This document shows positions 19,847 through 27,558 of a stretch of 64,000 bases of DNA, piece by piece (within the stretch, counting starts at the first letter, position 1; each line of letters starts with the position of its first letter). Origin of the DNA: Bifidobacteriaceae bacterium. Its GTDB lineage: Bacteria; Actinomycetota; Actinomycetes; Actinomycetales; WQXJ01. The stretch is from contig JAIRYJ010000005.1 in assembly GCA_031267825.1 (NCBI GenBank), positions 5,765-69,764 on the forward strand, in the 5' to 3' direction. A program made the translations under genes and the position numbers. The notes below the pieces were generated by a model that was not told the origin of the DNA, did not search any database, and worked only from the letters and a program-made list of their open reading frames with translations.

Positions 19847-21183
19847 AGCCACCGGCCGTGACCAACCCGCCGGTGGGCAGACCAGCCGTTGGTAGCCAGT
19901 CGGCGAAGAAGTCGGCCGGGGGAACGCAGCCAGGGGACGGGATCGCCTTGGCGGTGGTGGGCGCTGGACAACGCGGCACACTCTATGCCCGGATTGCCCG
20001 GCGGCTGGGCGCCAAGATCGCCTCTGTGGCTAACCCTGGGGCCACCCGGCGGGACCGCTTCGGTGACGAGTTCGATCTGCCGCCAAACCGCCGTTACGCC
20101 ACTTGGCAAGAGATGCTGGAAGACAGCCCAGCTTGGGACGCTGTGGTGGTGGCCAGCCCCGACACCGAACACGCCGAGCCGGGCGTGGCCGCACTGGAAC
20201 AGGGCCACCACCTGCTGCTGGAAAAACCACTCGCCACCAATCCAGCCGCCGCCAGCCAGTTGGCAGCGGCGGCCGCCGCTTCCGGCAAGGTGACAGCGGT
20301 TTGCCATGTGCTGCGCTATTCGCCCTCAGGCCGGGCCTTGGCCGATACGATCAGACAAGGACTGATCGGACAGGTGACTGGTATCACCCATTTTCAGCCA
20401 ATCGGCTGGTGGCACTTCGCGCATTCGTTTGTGCGTGGCTCCTGGCGCAGCCAAGCTGACGGTTCATCACTGCTCGAAGCCATGGGCGTTCACGACATCG
20501 ACTGGGTGGCTGGCCTGGTTCAGGCGCCAGTCGAACGTGTCATCTCATTTGGATCGCTGCAGCATTTTCGGCCGGAGCACCGCCCGCCGGGTGCGGCTGA
20601 CCGCTGCCAGGACTGCCCGGCCGAGCCGACCTGCCCATATTCGGCGGTGCGAATCTACGGCCGGTTCTTGGATCATCCGCTCTACAGTGACTGGCCGTTG
20701 AGAGTCGTGACGCCGGAGGCGACACCGGCCGCATTAGCCCAGGCTTTGCGGACCGGCCCCTACGGCCAGTGTGTCTACCTTGGCCTAAATGACGTGGTAG
20801 ATCATCAAACGGTCAACTTGGAATTGGCTGGTGGGGCGGTCATCGACGTGACGTTGAGCGCTTTTTGGGAAATGGCGGCCCGGTCAACCCGGGTCCTGGG
20901 GACGCGCGGTTGCCTGGAATACGACGGCCAGCATCTGTCATGGTTTGACTTCGCCTCAGGCGAGCGCCGTGACATCACGCCGCAAGTCTCAGGTGACGCC
21001 GGTGGCGTCTACGCTTCGGGCGATGAAGGCCTCATCAGGGCTTTCCTTGAAGCGGTCCGGGCGGAAGACCCGAGCCTGGTGCCATCTTCGGTGGCGGAAA
21101 GCCACCGCACTTTGAAACTGGTCTGGGCGGCGGAACAGGCCCGGTGCAGCGGGCGGGTCATCAGTTTGGCCGGACCAAATTAG
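19843..21183 (+). CDS. Gfo/Idh/MocA-family oxidoreductase
   Basis: VVGAGQRG Rossmann motif, LLEKP, HVLRYS, HSFVRGSWR, HDID, and a Cys cluster CQDC...CPYSA. Confidence 0.88.
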   Translation: MKPPAVTNPPVGRPAVGSQSAKKSAGGTQPGDGIALAVVGAGQRGTLYARIARRLGAKIASVANPGATRRDRFGDEFDLPPNRRYATWQEMLEDSPAWDAVVVASPDTEHAEPGVAALEQGHHLLLEKPLATNPAAASQLAAAAAASGKVTAVCHVLRYSPSGRALADTIRQGLIGQVTGITHFQPIGWWHFAHSFVRGSWRSQADGSSLLEAMGVHDIDWVAGLVQAPVERVISFGSLQHFRPEHRPPGAADRCQDCPAEPTCPYSAVRIYGRFLDHPLYSDWPLRVVTPEATPAALAQALRTGPYGQCVYLGLNDVVDHQTVNLELAGGAVIDVTLSAFWEMAARSTRVLGTRGCLEYDGQHLSWFDFASGERRDITPQVSGDAGGVYASGDEGLIRAFLEAVRAEDPSLVPSSVAESHRTLKLVWAAEQARCSGRVISLAGPN

Positions 21184-21257
21184 TCCAGCCCAGCTAGGCC
21201 AGCTCCGGTGAACACGATCACAGGTGAACGCGTTTACCGAAACCGCACTAGGCCAAG

Positions 21258-22295
21258 TCAGTCGGTCGCGGCCGCGAATAGCGCGGCATAGCGTCGCAAC
21301 AATTCCGGTGGGACAGTTTTCAGGGTCCCAGTGGCCGCCTCCAGCGGTACAGTCTCAATCCGCTCACCGCGCAACGCCACCATTACGCCGCTCTGGCCCG
21401 CGTGCAAAGCGGTGATCGCGGCCAAACCGAGCCGACTGGTCAAAATCCGGTCAAAAGCGGTTGGCACACCGCCGCGCTGAACATGTCCCAGCACAACCGT
21501 TCGGGTCTCAACCCCAGCTAACGCCTCCAAGCGTTGAGCCACAAAACCAGCGATCCCACCCACTTTGACATGGCCGAACTCATCCACCGCGGCCCCCGTC
21601 TCACCGGCGATCGCGTCAGATCGCGGCACAGCGCCCTCCGCCACCACCACCACGGCGTCGCGCCGAGCCCGGACCAAATCCCGGACCCGCTCCGCCATCT
21701 GCTCCAAGCCGAAAGGCGCCTCCGGGATCAAAGCGGCCGCGGCTGAGGCGGCCAACGCCACATGAAGTGCGATCCAGCCCGCGTGCCGACCCATCACCTC
21801 AACTACCAGCACCCGGTGATGTGACCGTGAAGTGGTGCGCAGCCGGTCAACGGCCTCCGTCGCGATCTCGACCGCCGTGGTGAAACCAAAGGTCAGATCA
21901 GTTCCGGAGAGGTCGTTGTCGATCGTTTTGGGAACCCCAACGCAGCGGGTTCCAGCTTGAGCCAAGGCGGTGGCAGCACCCAGCGTGTCCTCGCCGCCGA
22001 TTGGGATTAAAGCTTCAATGCCCGATGCCGCCAGGTTGGCTTGGATCCGTGCCACCCGCTCCGGGGTTCCCGCGTTTGTCCGGGAGGTGCCCAAAATTGT
22101 GCCGCCGAGCGGAAGTATCTCGGCGACATCGTCCAAACCTAACGGAACCGAATCAAGTTCCAGCGGGCCGCGCCAACCATCCAAGAAACCAACGAACTCG
22201 TCGCCGTAACGTGTCACCCCTTCGGTCACGACAGCCCGGATGACGCCGTTCAGTCCGGGGCAATCACCGCCGCCGGTCAACAACCCGATCCTCAT
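21258..22295 (-). CDS. pfkA: PfkA-family 6-phosphofructokinase (candidate tagatose-6-phosphate kinase)
   Basis: TGGGDCPGLN, GGTILGTSR, GGEDT, PKTIDND and EVMGR. Confidence 0.9.
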   Translation of the reverse strand: MRIGLLTGGGDCPGLNGVIRAVVTEGVTRYGDEFVGFLDGWRGPLELDSVPLGLDDVAEILPLGGTILGTSRTNAGTPERVARIQANLAASGIEALIPIGGEDTLGAATALAQAGTRCVGVPKTIDNDLSGTDLTFGFTTAVEIATEAVDRLRTTSRSHHRVLVVEVMGRHAGWIALHVALAASAAAALIPEAPFGLEQMAERVRDLVRARRDAVVVVAEGAVPRSDAIAGETGAAVDEFGHVKVGGIAGFVAQRLEALAGVETRTVVLGHVQRGGVPTAFDRILTSRLGLAAITALHAGQSGVMVALRGERIETVPLEAATGTLKTVPPELLRRYAALFAAATD

Positions 22296-23137
22296 GCGAT
22301 CACCGCCAGTAAGCCAGCCACCGCCTCAGCTACGGCTTGACGTGCCGGGCGGAAGTATTTCCGGGTGTCAACCAGTTCAGGCGCTTCCGCCAAGGTGGTG
22401 CGAACCGACCGGGTGAAGGTTTGCGAAAGCAGAGTGGCGATGTTGATTTTGGTCATGCCAGCGGCGATAGCCGCCACCAGGTCCGCTTCTGGAACACCAG
22501 ATGATCCGTGCAAGACTAGCGGGACGGGCACCGCCTGATGGATCGCCGCTAGCAGTTCAAGGTCAAGACTGGCGGTCCGTTCGGTCATGGCGTGAGAAGA
22601 GCCGATCGCCACAGCCAGCGAATCGACACCAGTCGCGGCCGCGAACCGGGCCGCATCCTCAGGTTTTGTCCGGGCGCCAGGCGCGTGGACACCGTTCTTA
22701 CCGCCGATCTCACCTAACTCGGCCTCAACCCAGGCGCCGCGGGCGTGAGCTAGAGCGGTTACGGCCGCTGTTGAAGCCTGATTGGCTTCATCTGGCAGGT
22801 TCGAACCGTCATACATGATCGAATCGATCCCCAGGTCAAGGGCCTCGGCGATGAGCTGAACCGATTCGGCGTGATCCAAGTGAACAGCGATCGGCACGGT
22901 GGCGGCTTTCGCCAACGCCAGGCAAGCTGAGGCGATCGGCGCTAAAGCACCGTGATAGTTGACACAGTTCTGGGAGATTTGGAGGATAGCGGGCCGGTCG
23001 GCCGCTTCCGCACCGGCCACGATCGCCTCCGCCAGCTCAAGCTGGATAACGTTGAAGGCCCCAACTCCGCGCTGGGCGGCCGCCGCCGGGGTGATGATCT
23101 GGCCGGCCGGTACAAGAGGCACGTCAGATCGCCTCAA
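22292..23137 (-). CDS. Class II fructose/tagatose-bisphosphate aldolase
   Basis: AVHLDH, EAELG, LAVAIGSSH, LVLHGSSG and KINIAT. Confidence 0.9.
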   Translation of the reverse strand: MRRSDVPLVPAGQIITPAAAAQRGVGAFNVIQLELAEAIVAGAEAADRPAILQISQNCVNYHGALAPIASACLALAKAATVPIAVHLDHAESVQLIAEALDLGIDSIMYDGSNLPDEANQASTAAVTALAHARGAWVEAELGEIGGKNGVHAPGARTKPEDAARFAAATGVDSLAVAIGSSHAMTERTASLDLELLAAIHQAVPVPLVLHGSSGVPEADLVAAIAAGMTKINIATLLSQTFTRSVRTTLAEAPELVDTRKYFRPARQAVAEAVAGLLAVIA

Positions 23138-24098
23138 GCATGACAGATCGGGTCAGGTGGCGCGGATGGTCAGGGTCAAGGCCGCGCGCCAGGCCGCGTG
23201 CGATCGCCAGCCGTTGGGCTCTGATGAGGTCCGCCATTGGGTCGAGTGAACTCCTGATCCAGGTCGCGCCGGTGGCTTTGACCTGGTCTTCGAGTCCGTC
23301 TGGGGCTTGGCCAAAGAGCCACACCAGCCGACCAGGCTGGGCCAGGGCGATAGGCCCGTGACGGTAATCCATCGCCGGGTGGGCTTCAGTGAAACTGAGT
23401 GATGCTTCCCTGGCTTTGAGGGCGGCCTCTTGGGCTAGGCCAATGGTCCAGCCTTGGCCCAGGTAGGCGATGTGGTCGGCTTCGATCCAGGCCGGGTCAA
23501 GCGGTTCGGTCAGAGCTGTGCGGGCGTCGTCGATCGCGCCGGTCAGGTCTTCGCCTAGGCTGGCTCGCAGCAGGGCAAGGGTGGTGGTGGCGAATCGGGT
23601 CTGAACGACTGATTGCTCATCAGCGAAGCCGAGGTCAATTACCTGATCGGCGGCCTGGCTGATCGGTGTAGCGATGTCAGCCGTGATGGCGGTTGTGGCT
23701 GTGGCAGTTGCCGGGGCGGGCGGGACTGGTGGTGTGGCTGGAACCGATCGGGCGGCATCGGCCCCCTTGGAAGCCGCGGTGCTGTGACGCAAGGCGCCCA
23801 GGGCGGTCAACACTTCGGTTGTGGTGCCAGACCGGCTGATCGCCAAAACTCGGTCATAATGCCTATCTAGAGGGAACTCGGAAGCCGTGAACGCGTCGCT
23901 CCGGCCGTGACCGGCCCGCTCACGCAAGGCGGCGTAGGCCATGGCGATAAACCAGGAAGTTCCGCAACCGATTACGGCTACGGTCTCGCCAGGGCGCGGC
24001 AAGCCAGCGACAGTCTGACCGGTGGCCTGGACGCGGGCCCAACAATCTGGCTGGGCGGCGATCTCCCGGGTGACGAATAAGTCGTTTAGGCTGGGCAT
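23124..24098 (-). CDS. AgaS-like SIS-domain sugar-phosphate isomerase/deaminase
   Basis: EIAAQP, GCGTS, ISRSGTT, EQSVVQT, EAALK, YRHGP and DPDHPRHLTRSV. Start placed at ATG 24098. Confidence 0.85.
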   Translation of the reverse strand: MPSLNDLFVTREIAAQPDCWARVQATGQTVAGLPRPGETVAVIGCGTSWFIAMAYAALRERAGHGRSDAFTASEFPLDRHYDRVLAISRSGTTTEVLTALGALRHSTAASKGADAARSVPATPPVPPAPATATATTAITADIATPISQAADQVIDLGFADEQSVVQTRFATTTLALLRASLGEDLTGAIDDARTALTEPLDPAWIEADHIAYLGQGWTIGLAQEAALKAREASLSFTEAHPAMDYRHGPIALAQPGRLVWLFGQAPDGLEDQVKATGATWIRSSLDPMADLIRAQRLAIARGLARGLDPDHPRHLTRSVMLEAI

Positions 24099-24146
24099 AC
24101 AGATTCTCCTGATTCTTAGGCCTGCTACCACTCAGTCTACGCGGCG

Positions 24147-24246
24147 CTTTACGCGCAAAACAAGCCAGAACGCGCAAGATTGAGCAGATTGTCAGTCACC
24201 CAGACGGGTGGTTTAGCCTGGCGAATGCGCGCTTTTGCGCGTAAAG
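24147..24246. promoter_or_regulatory. Paired inverted 14-bp sites in the divergent agaS/DeoR promoter region
   Basis: CTTTACGCGCAAAA (24147-24160) is the exact reverse complement of TTTTGCGCGTAAAG (24233-24246). Confidence 0.55.
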
Positions 24247-24295
24247 TTGCTTACGGACCGCCCCAGTTGATTGATTTCTCACCAGGAGGTATCTC

Positions 24296-25081
24296 GTGGA
24301 CCGCCACGCCCGGCTGTCGGCTCTATTGGCGATGCTCGCTGAGCGCGGCAAAGTGGACGTCGATGAAGCGGCCGAAGAACTGTCCGCTTCGTCAGCTACC
24401 ATCCGACGAGACCTGGTTTATCTTGACAGCCAACGCTTAGCGACCCGCACCCACGGTGGCGCCGTAGCCAACTCTGCCGCCTATGACCTGCCGCTACGTT
24501 TCAAGACGCAACGCGCCATAGAAGAAAAACGGCGGATCGGCCAGGCCGCCGCTGAGCTAGTGGCGATCGGCGGGGTGGTAGCCCTCAACGGCGGTACCAC
24601 CACATTGGAGGTCAGCCGGGCGTTGGCGGCCCGCCGCGACCTGGCCGCTGGGACACAAGCCGAATCGCTCACCGTTGTGACCAACGCGGTCAATGTGGCG
24701 GCCGAGATGCTGGCCCGGCCCTACCTGAAAGTTGTGGTGACAGGTGGCGTGGTCCGGGCGCATTCCTATGAGCTGTACGGACCGCTAGCCGAACGGTCAA
24801 TCGAATCATTGTCAGTCGACATGCTGTTCTTAGGGGTGGACGGTTTTGACCTCGACTTTGGGGCCAGCGCCCACTCCGATGCTGAAGTTTCGACTAACTC
24901 ACTGCTGGTCCGGGCCGCCTCAAGAGTTGTGGTGGTAGCTGATTCATCAAAGCTGGGTCGGCGGGCCTTCGCCCAGATTTGTCCTGTCCAGGCGGTTTCC
25001 GTGCTGGTGACTGATAGCGGAATTGATCCGGCCCTGAGGTTCCGCCTCGAAGGGGCGGGCGTCGAAATCATCACCGCCTGA
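24296..25081 (+). CDS. DeoR/GlpR-family regulator (AgaR-like)
   Basis: SSATIRRDL HTH, RTHGGA, EKRRIG, GGTTT, VVTN and DSSK. Confidence 0.92.
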   Translation: MDRHARLSALLAMLAERGKVDVDEAAEELSASSATIRRDLVYLDSQRLATRTHGGAVANSAAYDLPLRFKTQRAIEEKRRIGQAAAELVAIGGVVALNGGTTTLEVSRALAARRDLAAGTQAESLTVVTNAVNVAAEMLARPYLKVVVTGGVVRAHSYELYGPLAERSIESLSVDMLFLGVDGFDLDFGASAHSDAEVSTNSLLVRAASRVVVVADSSKLGRRAFAQICPVQAVSVLVTDSGIDPALRFRLEGAGVEIITA

Positions 25082-25204
25082 CTTGCCTTAGCTAAGGCGG
25101 CCTGACCTTGCCCTCGTCTTGATGCGGGCCGATAGGAGGCCCGGACCGCTTGGGCGGACGCCATGACAGCGCCACCCGCCGCGGCCCGGGCCAGTTAGGT
25201 TTCG

Positions 25205-27055
25205 TCAGATCCAGGTCAATGTGTTGGAGCAGGCGATCAGCGTGATTATGACAGCGTTGATGATGCCTGGCAGGTACGGGTTGTTGGTCAGACGGTAGAT
25301 CTTGCGAGAGATCACAGTCGAAACCGGCAGGATCACCATCAGCGGGATCAACCAAATGACCACCATATTTCCGTCCGCCCAAGCCATTTCACCAGACACG
25401 AAGAACACAATGTATTGGATCAACACCAACACCACGGCTGGCAGCATGTTGAAGCCTGCCAGGACGGCCGTGTTAACCCATTCGCGTTCGCCTGACTTGC
25501 CGGTCAGTTTGATGAAGTTGATCGAGTTAGCCGCGATCGACGCCACAATGTAAAAGACCAGCAGGAAGATCATGACCGGGAAGATCGACACCCAGATGAC
25601 ACCCGGCGGGAAGGCCTTGACGGCTAGTACCCAAAGACGGAAGTCAGTCTTGAAGAAGTAGTCCACCACAAAGACGCACAGGTAGGACACCGCCACCACG
25701 ATGCCCGCCAGGGCAACAGTCTTACCAACCTGGCGCCATGGCATCGTGATGCCGCGTTCAGCTAGGGTGATGCCGCGCTTGCGCATGTAGAGGAAATAGA
25801 ACGCGGCCAGGACCAACAATGTGAAGACACCGCAGGCGGCCGCCCAAATTGAGACCCCAGCCGGTGAGGACTGCAACCAGGGATCTCTCGACCCGGTGTG
25901 AGCGTGGACATTTGTCAAGAGCGGCAAATAAACTAGGGCCGCGAAGATCGCACCAAGCACTAATGTGCCCCAGAACCAGTACTTGCCTGGTTTGTCAGAT
26001 GTTCTGATCGCGACGGTTTGCCCGGCCCGCAGTGAACTGAAGAACGGTACCCGCAGCATCAACATGGCGAAGCAGGTGATGAACATGGCGAATCCGATCA
26101 GTCCAACAAAGTTGAAGGCTTCTTTCCATTGCCAAACTTGATTGTTCGGGTTGATCGGATCAGGTGCGCCTAAAGCTTCACTAAAGAACTCGATTGTGGC
26201 GGTGGTAGAACGCTTCGAGAAATGAGACCACGGATGGGTGATAGCGGGCGTGTAAATCACCCTGATGGCTTCACTACCGTCCACATCCTGACGGTAGAGG
26301 GTGCCAGCTTGACGGATGTCACCACCCGGCGCTGTGCCGAAGTGCAGGAACGACTGGGCGTTCTTGTTGGCGATGAAGTCACGCGGGGAGGTTGTAGCAC
26401 CCGCCGCGTCGACATCGTGAAAGAAAAACTCGTCATATTGCGGCGCGACTATCCCCACGCTGCGATCCCCGTAAAGATTGATCCACTCACCGCTCTCAGC
26501 GTCGGTGTAGGTCGCGTCAGCGCTGTTCAACAAAACAGCCGAGATCAGGCCGCTGTCAGCCGCGTTGTCCGCCACAACGGCCGCGTTCGAAGACATGCCG
26601 CCCAGTGAATGCCCGGTGATTCCGATCCGGCTGTCATCAACTATGTCCAGGCCAGCCAGCATTTTGACGGCCTGATACATGCCGCTGAGGATGGTCGCGA
26701 CATCACTGGCCTTGGCAGAAAAACCATGCGAGTACATGTCCATCGACAAGACCACAAAACCGCGGCGCGACAGTTCAACAAAGTTGATGTCCTGCATTTC
26801 ACGGTTGTTGTACATGCCGTGACTGACCACCACAGCTGGCGCTGGGGTCTCAGCCGTCACCGAATCGGGCACAAACAGCAGCCCGCTCATCTCAGTTCCG
26901 GGAGTGGTCTCCCAGCGCAGGTCTGTGATGGACACATCCCCGCCTGAGGTTTGGACGGTTGAGGCGCCCATGGCGCTGACCAGCATCAGCGCCAGTGAGC
27001 AACATAACCACCACCCCGGCCGTCTAGTTTTGGGTTTTAGCCCTGTGTCCGACAT
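25205..27055 (-). CDS. Alpha/beta-hydrolase fused to a polytopic membrane domain (paralog A)
   Basis: N-terminal TM/signal; VVSHG; nucleophile GHSLGG; YDEFF; ITHPW; then about 8 TM helices. RBS GGAGGAG; the start could be 27058. Confidence 0.8.
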   Translation of the reverse strand: MSDTGLKPKTRRPGWWLCCSLALMLVSAMGASTVQTSGGDVSITDLRWETTPGTEMSGLLFVPDSVTAETPAPAVVVSHGMYNNREMQDINFVELSRRGFVVLSMDMYSHGFSAKASDVATILSGMYQAVKMLAGLDIVDDSRIGITGHSLGGMSSNAAVVADNAADSGLISAVLLNSADATYTDAESGEWINLYGDRSVGIVAPQYDEFFFHDVDAAGATTSPRDFIANKNAQSFLHFGTAPGGDIRQAGTLYRQDVDGSEAIRVIYTPAITHPWSHFSKRSTTATIEFFSEALGAPDPINPNNQVWQWKEAFNFVGLIGFAMFITCFAMLMLRVPFFSSLRAGQTVAIRTSDKPGKYWFWGTLVLGAIFAALVYLPLLTNVHAHTGSRDPWLQSSPAGVSIWAAACGVFTLLVLAAFYFLYMRKRGITLAERGITMPWRQVGKTVALAGIVVAVSYLCVFVVDYFFKTDFRLWVLAVKAFPPGVIWVSIFPVMIFLLVFYIVASIAANSINFIKLTGKSGEREWVNTAVLAGFNMLPAVVLVLIQYIVFFVSGEMAWADGNMVVIWLIPLMVILPVSTVISRKIYRLTNNPYLPGIINAVIITLIACSNTLTWI

Positions 27056-27319
27056 CATCGTCTCCTCCTGATCGGTTGTTGGGTTTACTGAGTCTCCCAA
27101 CAGTCACCGACGCTCAAGAGACGGCATATGGGCGGCACCACGGGGAGCCTGGACGCCGACCTACGTTTCTTAGTCAGTCAGGACTGTGATCGCACTCCTG
27201 CCGCTCCGGTTTGGGCGCGTTGAACGCCCATCGTGGTGCTGCCTTTGGCGGTTAGGGGTGCGGAGTCGGGGAGGCTCACAGAACAGTGAACAGGGTTGGT
27301 CAGGCTCCCAAAAGGTACC

Positions 27320-27333
27320 TGCACTAACGTGCA
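27320..27333. promoter_or_regulatory. Palindromic operator-like site TGCAC-N4-GTGCA upstream of paralog A
   Basis: Identical copy at 29683-29696; adjacent to a -10-like TACCTT on the minus strand. Confidence 0.55.
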
Positions 27334-27415
27334 TGGATGGCCGCCGCGTGATCCGGCTATCAAGTATTTAGACGATGCCGTCCCGCGGTGTTGCGCTTAG
27401 CGCTTTAGGTGACAG

Positions 27416-27461
27416 CGTTGGGGCCGGGTGCGCGGTGTTGGCCGCGCACCCGGCCCCAACG
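27416..27461 (-). terminator. GC-rich 20-bp perfect hairpin downstream of paralog B
   Basis: CGTTGGGGCCGGGTGCGCGG / CCGCGCACCCGGCCCCAACG with a 6-nt loop; no long U tract, as is common in actinobacteria. Confidence 0.7.
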
Positions 27462-27558
27462 TCTGTTAGTTCAGGTTTGGTCTATGCCCTGGCGGGCATT
27501 GGCCCGTATTCCTCCTTGTCAGATCGTCTGATTGTCTGATTGGCGGATTGTCTGATTG

